Part shown: in pieces, positions 10,754-22,028 of the stretch | Numbering within the stretch: position 1 is the stretch's first letter | How the letters are laid out: every line of letters begins with the position of its first letter | From: Lingula anatina | Lineage: Eukaryota; Animalia; Brachiopoda | DNA: 64,000 bases | Assembly (NCBI GenBank): GCA_051362555.1 | Contig: CM120641.1 | Coordinates: 9,300,001-9,364,000, forward strand | Direction of reading: 5' to 3' | Program-made: the position numbers and the translations under genes | The notes under the pieces: generated by a model | What the model was told of the DNA's origin: nothing | The model's database searches: none | What the model saw: only the letters and a program-made list of their open reading frames with translations

Positions 10754-13700
10754 TTACACAATGTCCATAACCCATATGTTTTGGTTTAGAATGTTATCAA
10801 ATTCGTACCTAAAGTCCATGTAAGTTTCGTACAGCCTTGGAAGTTGGAGGACACACCCACATGTGCGTGCTACTGGTCGCCTCTGAAAACCAGTGAGAGA
10901 TGAGAATTCCACAGAAATCTGCGGCACTGTTAACAGATCTGATCCTGTACAATATCTTAGGAATTGTCCTAATTTGTCACCATCTGCATCTTTGACATAT
11001 CTTTTAATGTGCTTTGCAACTTCTGACTCCATTGCATCCATAAACTCAGGAAATTTGAAAGACTTGATCACTCTTTGAGAAGTGGGATAAACATTGCTGT
11101 AAATTTCCTCAATTTTGTTGGGGTTAATCTTTGCATCCAAGAGACATTCCCTCATGCAATTACCAACAAATGTTGGTTTTTGGATCAATTGCGTGTGTGC
11201 AATTTCAAGGATTACAGATCTGATGTTGTCTTCTTTTGGTTTTGCTCTACATTCATATGTCTCTAGACAGTCCAATAATTCATCCTCATCAACTTGTGTG
11301 TAGTTTTCATAGGCCTGGTGAAGAACCTCCATGTCTGGTTTTGTAACAAACTTCCAAAAGTCTTCAAGCAAGCATGATTTGACTTCTTCTTCATTACTAC
11401 AGATGACTGAAAAGAGAAATGCTTTTGAAAGCTTGATAGGCCAGTACCCAGTGTACTTAAACCCATACAGAAGGACTCTGCCAATTGCCTGCCATTCAGT
11501 TTCACCTAGGTCATGGCGTAGAGCAGGAACCTTAACTTCACGACCAACCGTGCACATTTGGTAGAAAGTTTGCCAAAATTCAGTCAGCACGTCGCGGAGA
11601 ACTCCCCCAGTATCTTCTGCTATTTCCCTCTCACCATTACTTAGAATCCTGGTGATTGTTATGAGTTTATCTGATATTTCAGGATCTTTAAAGTAAGACA
11701 TAACTTCAAAGAAGGAAGATGTCCCCATGTGAACTATCATTTCAACAGAATATGGACTTTTTTCAGTTGTTGCATCATTCAATGCGGCCATAGACACAAC
11801 AGAAGGCCCTTCATTCTGTGGCATGGTGTCATCGTCTACCACCACAGCAGTAGCATTTTCTGCTTCTGTGAGTATTGGCATTTCACTGTGTACTGGTATA
11901 TCAAAGGAGATTTCACCATCAGTATAATGACCCTCAAAGCATATTGGCGAATCAAGGAAATCTTGTGAATCCTGAATATCACTCTTTTGGGCAGGTGACA
12001 TTTCTATAGGCATTGTTGATGGATTTTCTGTTTCTGCAGGTGTCACCACTTTTTGTTCCTCCTTGGATGTGAAAAATGGGCTCCGAGAGGATGTTGGTTC
12101 ATGACTTTGACGCCTCTTTGTTGCCATGTAAAACCGTAAAAGACTTATACCAGTTTTATCATACATTTCCCCAACAGTGACATCAGTGGTGATAATTTCC
12201 TCTGAAAAATTCATCAGGTTAATGTCAAAGTCTTCTACTGAGCCCAGTTTTGACTTTCCCTCAGGAAAAAACCTCCTCACTGCTTCTTCGATTATTTCTC
12301 CCTTTTTAGCAGACTTGGAAATATCAACCTTCCTACTGCCACCTCCCTTTTTCCCCTTTACTTGCTTGTAGCTGTCATCATCGAAGTGAAGCCATCCAAT
12401 TTCAATTTTGCGAGTAGCCTTCATTGCATTACTATTCTTGCCTAAATTTGTGACTTTGTTTGGCATTCTTTCACTTTTTTGAGAATAATGAAGCTTTTGT
12501 CTCAAGGAACTCAACAGTGTGTTCTTCTTTGCATTCACTGACGCATTGGTTTTACTGGTACGACAAAACTGCTTGATAGCAATCCTATCCCCTTGTTTTG
12601 GTATAAATGCTGACAACAGGGCATCATCTGCTACTTCTATCACAGCCTTGTCCATCTGCAATAGAAAAGGAATGTTATTAATGGAGGGAAATGGTATGTA
12701 CACTGACACTCACAAAAACATTTACTTGTATCTTTAAAAGGCTGTTCACAGCTAAGCCACTTAGTAATACATTACTTTTGCCATAATTGCAAAATGTGGA
12801 ATGGCTATGTATTTTTAAGATAAAGTGTAACTATCTCAGCCTGTTATATAAATACATTTGCCTTTGCACCATTTGAAGGTGTCCACACTGTGGCACAGAC
12901 CACATAATTTTATACATGGCTACAGTAATTAGTTTTCACAGTCATAGTTGTTTACACATGCTTCATACCAAAAGTAGGTCACTGCTGCCTGTGGCGTGTG
13001 GAGTGCTTTTAAAAATTTATTTAAGGGCCATTCCGTGGTATTTGGTCTGCAGACCTTAAAATTTAAAAAAAGACTGCTACTTACAAAACTTACAATTTCT
13101 GAAATCAGACATCCCAAGACACCAGAATCCAAAATAATTTTTAGGTTTTGATGATTAATTATGATTTATTGACACTTTTATCTGGAAAAATTATAAAATA
13201 ATGTTTGGGAAGGACATTTTTATTTTTGATATGGTTTTCAAAATATTGATCATTTCTAATAATAAAGGCTTAAGACATTTAATATAGGTTATTTCCCATA
13301 TTTGGCCAAGAGCATTTGATGAAAATTTATTTAATTAGGAAATAATGGATTAATTAATATCAATTTGTCCTTCCCAGATGATTTTGGTACCTACCGGTAT
13401 TTTTTAAGCTTTCTCAGTAATACAAAAGCTAAAAATTTTTCACTTCACATTCTCCTCAAACATGACATGGGTCAACAACCCATGAAAGAAATTTTAATAA
13501 GAAACATTTCAATGAGAAATTAAATAAAAATTAATAATCATTTCAGAATAACACCCAGCATTTTGTTAGGGCATGAGGCATTTTGATAGGACAATAAGAG
13601 GTCATGTGACCAATGACACCCAAACCCTTATGTCTTTCAAGATAATCTAGAACTTTAAATTATCTACCAAATATTTTTTAACTTTGAAACATTTCATTTG

Positions 13701-16321
13701 AATGAATAATTTTGAAATTATTATAATCTAGACAATATATAAAATTTTAATCAATGAATTTGGTTAGACTTACTATAAAATGTCACAATACTATTCAATT
13801 ATAATCATAGAAGATGAGACCTTTTATCATAGCCAAAAATAGTAAAATGTTTGGTGATGAAATATATGATCATAGAAGACTCTGCTTACTTTTGATGTCA
13901 TTCATCAAACTTATCTTGGTACAGTAAATATATCATTAAATATTTCTATTTAGCCTTGTTTCACATTTTTTTAGCAATGGACAAAATGTCCTTCCCAAAT
14001 GTGTCCTTCCCAGATGCCTACTTGATTTTTATATAGATCTGCAAAATTTTCAAATTAAAAAAAATTTTGGAAATACACTTTACACATATTTAGAAAGAGA
14101 AATAATCAAATATTTATATTTTGCTTTGATTTTTAGAATATCTCCACAGACAGAGCAGAGTTTTGGTGTTAAAGTTGAAAGTTAAAATTCCATGTCCATT
14201 TCACGTCCTTCCCAGATGCTTACTAATTTTTACTATTTTTCCTAAATTATTATTTTTTTAATCCTAATTTTTTTTTTTTTGCCTAAACATCACTCACATA
14301 TAGAGGAATAAACACACCAAAAATTTGGAGAACAACATTTGTATCAGTAAAATAAATTAATGCATAAAGGGTTGTTTATAATGTGAGATATAGAGGGTGG
14401 AGTGAGAGTATATTGTGGAGAGCACTAAAACATCAATGGATATAAAATAAAAAAAGTCAGTGAGGTGTTTTTTGATCAGATTTTTTTGCACCAGGCAAGT
14501 AATGCCAGTACCTATGTCATCCCCAGAAATGCACTGCATGACGTCACGCCTAGCCCACTGCGCATGCGTGCATTTTTAATGAGTTGCTAGATTGCCATAG
14601 GAAAATGAATGGGTTCGCGATTCGTGGGTAATTCGTGAGAATTGACAAACTAATGGCCTGATGCCGATAGACAGAAACGCTGTGCTATGATTCAAGCAAC
14701 TCCTGACCAAAAATCGCTAGGGTTTTTTAAAAAATTCTGTTGTACACACGTATTAAGAAGTTTGCCGTATATTGCCTAGCCTACCCTCAGCAAAGCGCAA
14801 ATATTTTCAGTAATAGTGATTTTAGACGGTAAATCCACTCAGAAACAAAGGCAAATTAATTCGTTGCCGATAGCACCAGCAGATAGCAGCACCATACAGA
14901 GTCTGATGAAAAAATTTCATGGCAATTGAAGATTTTTTACCACTGTACAATGGAGTCCAAAAAGAGCACTTGCCACAAATGTACAACTGCCCAGTGCAAG
15001 GCCAAGAATTAAATCAGTATTTTCAATCATATTATCAGATTCAACATAAATTGACTGACCATATCACTACTCAGTATTTAACTAATCTCTTAATCCAAAA
15101 TTCCTATCATCATTTAATAATTATGCAAAATTCTTCTTTCAGATTGCTATTTATTAAAATTTTTAATGCTGCAACTGTTCCAAAATAATCTTGTAGTAAA
15201 GGAAAAATGCAAATAAGAAGTGGAAGACCAATTTTACCCACATTATTCAATTATTTGAATATAAAAAGAATAAGATCACGATTTAACCACTTAAAATAAT
15301 CTTTCATGAACTCTTTCACGAATAACATATTAAACAAAAATAAAAGTTATAGATCAGTGGTAATGGCTTATACTGGAATATATGACCTCTGCACATCATC
15401 AGCACCTGACTTGGTACAGTATAGTTACTACTTGGATACAGAGTTAGATTTAATAATGTAACAATAAGAACAATATATATTATAATAATAACTTCTCTGC
15501 ACATATCAGACGCTTGTTACCATGAACTAACACTACTTGACAATGGGCTGAGCACTTATCACAGAGTCTGTGTGCGATGCCATTCTTGTGCTGTGATTGG
15601 TTAGTTGAGTCACGTGAAGCCCTACTGTTGCGCCCTCGCGTATCGCGTGAATGCTGCACATTTCTGGCCATGTTGAGCCCTGAATTATAACATTGGATAG
15701 GAGCCTTGGATGGCTGGTTGTGTCATTGCGTAAAAATGTATGGGAATAGGTCCGTCAATGGTTGACATGTTTGTATTAACACCGAGATGGTTATTCTAGA
15801 ATAATTTGGTGGACAATCAGTATAATAAAACAAAAAGTTCAGAGTGCCTTTTATCTCTTGCTCAGCTATCAATGTCAGAGGTAAACAAGGGTCCCATCTG
15901 TGAAGCTCCCCATTTCCCTGACACATGAATGCAACTTTTTATTCTGTGACCTTCGTGGAATGCAATAATTATGACTCGAAATTTTTAGTTTTTTTTATTC
16001 ACTGTGATTTGTGAATTTTACTTCCCGTGAACTGTGATCACTACCCCCAATGGGAGTACTACATGTAGTACCAGTACAATGTATGCACTCCATTCTGAGG
16101 AAAGAACACGTACTACTGGTATATTTTTACAATATACTATAGGTTTCTAACGATATAGGATATAACGATATAGGATTCTAACTACTGCAGTAGTGCTTCC
16201 TTTAAATCCAAAAAATTCTGCTGCTAAACGTGTCTAAACATACCTTTTCTTCCAATAGCTTATTAATTTGGGTGTCGCTAATCCCTCTTCCCCTCATGAA
16301 GTCTTCCAAATCCTGGTCCAT
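10754..16321 (-). CDS. HECT-domain E3 ubiquitin ligase (G2E3-like HECT), 2 exons: 16321-16244 and 12655-10754, about 659 aa
   Basis: Exon 1 MDQDLEDFMRGRGISDTQINKLLEEK|gtatgt splices in phase 0 to ctattgcag|MDKAVIEVADDALLSAFIPKQGDRIA (SAM-like N-terminus). HECT motifs: E.AEDTGGVLRDVLTEFW, AIGRVL..G, FLRYCTGSD, RRPVARTCGCVLQLP..Y. Both exons are uninterrupted. Confidence 0.85.
13025..14659. mobile_element. Probable non-autonomous DNA transposon remnant in the HECT gene intron
   Basis: Starts gggccatt and has aatggcc near 14652-14658; the motif GTCCTTCCCAGATG recurs (~13368, 13988, 14003, 14205; inverted ~13205). Boundaries uncertain. Confidence 0.35.
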
Positions 16322-16745
16322 ATCGTTACTTCCCGTTGGCAGAAATAATTGAGTCCCTTTGGTCAAATTTATGTGACTCTACAAAAAAACAGCTTTTTCG
16401 GGCATAACAGATAGGCTAAGATGAATATGAATGTAGAGCATGTGGCTTTCTCGTGTAGTTCCGGTTTCACATCCCTCATGCATTGTGGGTATTTTATCTA
16501 TTATTATTATTATTTTTTATTCAAATTTCAAAATGCTACCTCGAAATTTCGAGATGAAATTTTTTTGTTCAAATTTCAAAACGCTATCTCGAAATTTCGA
16601 GATAAATTTTTTTTTTGTTCAAATTTCAAAATGCTATCTCGAAATTTCGAGATAAAAATTTTTTTTGTTCAAATTTCAAAATGCTATCTCGAAATTTCGA
16701 GATAAAATTTTTTTTTTCAACATATGGCACCAGTCGGCTTCCGTA
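16281..16745 (-). repeat. Right TIR with four palindrome-bearing repeats; overlaps the first coding exon of the HECT gene
   Basis: Reverse complement of 5950-6414; nearly identical near the terminus and more diverged inward. Confidence 0.95.
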
Positions 16746-19544
16746 GTTATCGGCAAAGTGATCAGATAAAACTGTCTGTCGAGAGCAAGTGGCCGTCACT
16801 TGTGTTAATAAGAGTTTTTTGACGGGTAACGCTGCAGGATTATTTTGCACGGCACTTGGTAATCGTCAGATCAACGGAAAAATCCAGTGATTACTTCAGA
16901 GCGGTCTCTCTCAAAATGCCAGCTAAGATAAAGGGGAGACGCTCAGCTGCACAAGATTCAGCGGTAAAAGTGGCTGAGAGAAGGCTTTTGAATAAATATT
17001 TTATTTTTACACACATGACACTTAAACCCTATTTGCTTTTTACCTGCTTGTCTTGACTATTTTCGGAGTCTTTTTGTGATTTTCATTTTTGGATACATTT
17101 TGAACTCTTTCTTCTCGCTTGATCAGTGATTTTGAAATTGTTTTTCTCCAAACATCGCAAAATGCAAAGCCGCTAACATGCGTTTTTATTTTTATTGTTT
17201 TAATCATGCTGTCAACCCTTGCTTGGATTTCTCTCGTTTGGCCATTCACATCACAATTTTTCGCGTGTCTCTCAAGCTCCATGATATCATATCTTCGAGA
17301 ATAAAATTTTATTTTGTCAACATTAAATTTACCTTTTGCAAACGGCGACCAACAATCATTTCCGGTTTCGTAACGTGTCGCAGATACGCTCGCCGATATA
17401 TATCGCAAAAATTAAGAGCTAGGCTAAAAGTATCCTTTTTAGCGTTTTTTTAAATTTATTTATCGATTTTTCTTTCATCTGTCAATTAATTTAGGCTATT
17501 CGATTAACTCTTTCACCCATTTATTAGGTATACAGAAATCAGTTATCCGACTGAACAAATAGGACCGGTTTTCCCCAACCGCCACGCATAGGCCCTACTC
17601 TCTTTCAAAAATTTCTTTCTTTCCTCTGGAAATGGACTTTTAACACGAACTTTTCTCTTCCCCATAGTGTACTAGCTAGACTTCTTCGCTGCTAAGCTGA
17701 TGTAAGACTTATGACCTATTACCGCACACGTAATCGGCTTATAACTCATTAACTGTGCTCCGACCCCCTCATGGCAACGGCCCTTAGTAACAGAGGCGTG
17801 GCTTAGTTGTCAGCCTGACTGGGGCGCGTGCCGGTTGAAAAACTCATCAAAAGACACATTTTGCGATGCAAATTCATAAAAATTATTACATGCAACGTTA
17901 GATACTTTTTTGATTAATATAAACACACAAAAAACTCAAAAACATGATTTTAAGCGTATTTAACCCTATCACCGGCCTTAAAGTGAGGGTGAAAGTTAGA
18001 AAAATAGGGGCAAAATTGCAAAGATGTTTTTGTAAAATACATACCTTTTGGTGGGACTGGATTTTGGCTTGATGCACGCACGTCATCTGCTATGCGGAAT
18101 ATGACGTAGCGTCACGTGTATCAAAATCTTGCGTCATTTTGTCTTTTTGCCCCGAATGGGCTTTTTGTCCCACCCTACCCTATATGTTGTTTGTATGTCG
18201 CAATAAAGCGCTTATTGAACATATCGTTCATATACACAAAGCCTACTTATCTTAAAGTTTATGTACGTTTATTTGTTAAAATAAGATGAGAAAATTGTTA
18301 GCTTCAAGTTAAATCTTACCACTTTTCGACAAGTCTTGGCTCTAAGCAATTCGGTTTCTATATTTCCCTTCACAATTCTATTTACCTAAGCTTTTGTTAT
18401 TGTTCTTTTCCTTTCATTTCAAATTATACATATTTTATTATATGTAAACTAATAGACAAGATTTTTTAGAATGATAGCACTTTTGCTTATATATAAGGGC
18501 TTTTGTATTTTAGAAGTACTAGATGTAAGCTCGCCTAATTTAAGCGGTATCACATGTTATTCAACGAAGGATTAGTAAGTCATTAACATGTTGCCACTGT
18601 TGTAAAAGTATATAAAAAAAGAATGTTGGCGTTAAAGGTCCATCAAGGCATTTTTTTTAGAGTCGCAAGTTTGGAAAACAGATGAAGTTTTTCAAATCCA
18701 TTAATTGGAATACGTACTGCCTCCAATGCATTTTACTTATTTTTAACAGGCATCAGTCGTAGTTATTATCAGCATATAGGACATAAAGACAAACGTTATA
18801 TCTCTACCAAACAAATAATACAGAAAAAAGTTATCTGTACTACTAGTAAAATGGACAAAGTTTTGTGCTCATTGTATCGTTTACGCTTGGACATTAAAGT
18901 TCAGGTTTTCACCAGATGTATTTATCAATTTTTGCGCAAACGACTTTTTTTACAAATAAAATGGAACTCGTCCTTGATTTTTTAAGATCGCACAGTTGGC
19001 ACACATTTTTAAAATTAATGTACGCTTAAATGTGTTAACCAACAGATATAGGGAAATAAAGGCATCTACATCCCTATTTTAATATTATTTTTTCAAAGAA
19101 AAAAGTTCATTCTCATACAAACATATGATGGTAATTATCAAACATTGAGAAGCAATAATGTATGGTATCGTCTATGTTTGCCAAAACTTTACTCGAATTA
19201 AGTAATATTTTCTACAATCAACAGCTAAATATTGAAGAAAAAATTACTTTATTCTTATTACATATCGCAGCTGATGAAGTTCTTCTCTGACTTAGAAACA
19301 ATACTCGGTATTAAAATGCGCAAATAGATCGATTCAATTATAAGTCTTGGAACATAATTCAAAAGTGAATACTTTTTCCAGTATAAAAATGCAGTTTTCA
19401 ATGTTTTGTTGATATAATTATTGTTATTCACAAATGGAAAAAATTGTTAAACGTAAGAGACGCAGGCGCAGTGATAAATGTATTTTACTTTCAATAATCT
19501 ATTGTCTTATTCTAAATATGAACATTTCTAAAGATGTGAAGCAC

Positions 19545-19891
19545 AATGGTCTAGAAGTACAGCCTACCTTAAATAGCTGGCACCAACTTTTCTACAGCAC
19601 TCACCATATTATTAAAAATATTGTATAAACCCATTTCACAAGATTTAAGTATATCAGTCCAAGCATCGCAACCCTGTGTGCACGTAAAAACTGGTTGAGC
19701 TAAATTTGGGGAAAGATATTCGTTGTCCTAAATACTGCTTAGATATTTGTTAACTAGGATATCAAAGTCTTGCTGGTTTGGGATTTCCTTCTCCAGGGCT
19801 TGGGTAGTGCGTTGTAATAACGTTGTCTCAGACTCTCTGTCACTAGCCACTATGGCAGCCGCTTCAAGGAGGCCCCAGATGTCAAATGTCT
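19545..19891 (-). pseudogene. Truncated duplicate of the 3' end of the ApoL-like gene
   Basis: 19725-19890 closely matches 22025-22190 (FDIWGL...ALEKEIP.QQDFDILVNKYLSSI) plus downstream UTR. No upstream coding sequence. 19925-20100 also duplicates about 20910-21130. Confidence 0.85.
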
Positions 19892-20177
19892 TGATGACAA
19901 ATTACGATATTCCAAATATTCTGTTTATCATCATTTAGCCTGCACCTCGACGACTTATTGTGAAACAAATATTTTTAAAGATAGTTTTTGTTAAAGGAAA
20001 AGGTGTAGCTGGATGGTCCAGAATTGTTATTTGCGTTATTTGAAAACAGCATTACAGCATTTATTTGAGTAATACGTGTGTGACTTCATATTACACAGAA
20101 ATGCACCTTTTTATAGACAGGGCAATTTCGTTATTTTCAGAACAATATAAAGAGATATATGATCACCCAAAGACTCA

Positions 20178-20414
20178 ATATAGCAAATTTGATAAAAACC
20201 AGGGAGTGGTATGTTTTATTGTTTTATTTCCATTAAGTGTCTCTTCGATAATATAGCAAATATAGCAAATTTGATAAAAACCAGGGAGTGGTATGTTTTA
20301 TTGTTTTATTTCCATCAAGTGTCTCCTCGATAATATAGCAAATATAGCAAATTTGATAAAAACCAGGGAGTGGTATGTTTTATTGTTTTATTTCCATCAA
20401 GTGTCTCCTCGATA
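20178..20414. repeat. Three tandem copies of an ~82-bp unit
   Basis: atatagcaaatttgataaaaaccagggagtggtatgttttattgttttatttccatcaagtgtctc.tcgata x3. Confidence 0.9.
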
Positions 20415-21740
20415 ATGTCACTGTTATTTGTTGCAGTTGAACCAAAACACCCAAGGTTATCAACTCCCATCATATCAGATTCAGCTACATGGGACTTCTT
20501 TAACACGTCTTGGTTCTAACCATCATAAAGTCGTACTGTGTAAGTGATGCAATTCCCAAGTTGATAAATATGTTTATCAAGATTTTTAAAGGGTCATACG
20601 ATTGTCGTCTAGGCTACAACTTATCTGCCGCGGGTAACGGCTTGACTTACAGTTGCATGTCATGTGCTAGGCCTATAATGTGTGTGAAATAATACACTGT
20701 TAAACGAACGATGCATGTTCAAGGCATATATCACGAGGTGACTATTCTGTTTCTGGCTATTACTGGTAACTGCCCCTAATGGAATTACATTTTGATAAAG
20801 GTACACGTCGTAGGTTCAGGAGCGAATCCAGGATTATTTGAAGGGGTGGTCCTCGGATGCGAAGCCGACCCCCCCTAGCCCCCCCCCCCCCCCCCAACAA
20901 ACATTGAATCATCATTTAGCCTGCACCCGAACATCTTCAACTTAAGTTTAGTAAACAATAAGTGTAGCTTGATGGCCCAGTATTGTTATTTGTAGAAGTT
21001 TGAAGTGCGGCATTACAGAGACAAGTGAAGGTTTTTTAGCCAATAAATATGTAAAGCATTTAACATAACGAATAAATTAGCATTTATTGGAGTTATACAA
21101 GTGCGACATCATAAGAGAAATATAAGTGTAACTTTTAATGGATATTGTAATTTTCGTCATTCTTAGTGCGTCTTCCCTAAAATGTGACAATTACATTATA
21201 TAAATTTTATGTACTCATTAAATGTAGAATGAGGTCCAAATGCAGAGAGATAAAACCATGCACATTTTCTATTAACAAGTTTTCTTACAAGACTTAAAAG
21301 CATTTTATGTAACAGCTCGTTTAATTTTCTTATATGTTCAGGGCCATCGATAGATAAAAAAACAGTTCATAAACATGCATGTTTATAATGTTAACTTGAG
21401 TACATGTTGACATTTAGAAGCAATAATATACATTTAGTTTTGTCTAAATTCTACATCAGTATTTAAATGCTTCAATGAACATAAGGGTTAAAATCATTAT
21501 TTTAGTAATAGTTTAACGTTTTTTTTATTTTTATTTTCGTTGTTTTAAGTTTGAATTATGTTATGCTCAAATCAATAGAAATTCTATATTTACAAAACGT
21601 ACTTTTCATTTTCATTATTCATGTTCATGCATGTTAACCACTCGATGTGAAAGCTATACTACTATAGAACTACGCCAGGTCTACCTTCAATAGCTGGTAC
21701 CAATTTTTTCTACAGCACTAGCCATTCGCCATATTATTTA

Positions 21741-21907
21741 CAGGCCCGTAGCCAGGGGGGTTCGGGGGGTTCGAAAGAACCGCCCCTTTTGCTGGGAAAA
21801 GGTCCACTCTGGGTAAAATTTGATCTAGTTACATGAAGTTTTTATGGGAAAAGGTCCACTTTTTCAGAAAAAGAACCCCCCTTTTGAAATTGCTGGCTAC
21901 GGGCCTG
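21741..21907. mobile_element. MITE with CAGGCCCGTAGCCAG TIRs and 5-bp TSD, copy 2
   Basis: Same TIRs as copy 1; attta on both flanks; absent from the paralogous position in the duplicate at ~19610. Confidence 0.9.
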
Positions 21908-22028
21908 ATTTAAAAATTTAAATAAACCCGACCATTTCACCAAATAAAATCATGTTTGTCCAAGCATCGCAGTTCTGTGAGCACGTAAAAACTGACAGAA
22001 CTCAGGTGGGGAGAAGATATACATTGTC

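Larger units (their letters stand above)
5950..16745. mobile_element. Complete IS3EU-like DNA transposon (10,796 bp) with transposase and HECT E3 ligase genes
   Basis: Termini TACGGAAGCCGACTGGTGCCATATGTTG and its exact reverse complement; 6-bp TSD GTTATC at 5944-5949 and 16746-16751; 465-bp TIRs; integrase-core transposase inside. TAY...RTA ends and 6-bp TSD fit my recollection of the IS3EU superfamily. Confidence 0.9.
5040..17977. mobile_element. Candidate Kolobok-like non-autonomous element hosting the IS3EU-like insertion
   Basis: TTAA at 5036-5039 and 17978-17981; ends ggccacttatag versus (rc) ggccggtgatag, 9/12 match. It separates the pogo B terminus from its coding part. Confidence 0.4.
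2450..18182 (-). mobile_element. pogo-like element B, interrupted by nested insertions; one end lost
   Basis: Terminus-like sequence at 18141-18183 (minus: tatagggtagggtgggacaaaaagcccattcggggcaaaaagac). The same GGGGCAAAA motifs cluster at 4785-4865 and 2490-2565, either side of the coding remnant. Boundaries are inferred. Confidence 0.5.

Noticed and set aside
12656-12709. Track start MSVYIPFPSINNIPFLLQ for the HECT ORF
   Set aside because: It uses a GTG start and is the pyrimidine tract and acceptor of the intron; a better first exon lies at 16244-16321.
16916-17056. MPAKIKGRRSAAQDSAVKVAERR as the start of a Kolobok-type gene
   Set aside because: Short, with no recognisable catalytic motif or continuing exon; cannot be supported.
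20178-20600. Coding fragment around the 82-bp tandem repeat
   Set aside because: No recognisable protein motif in any frame.
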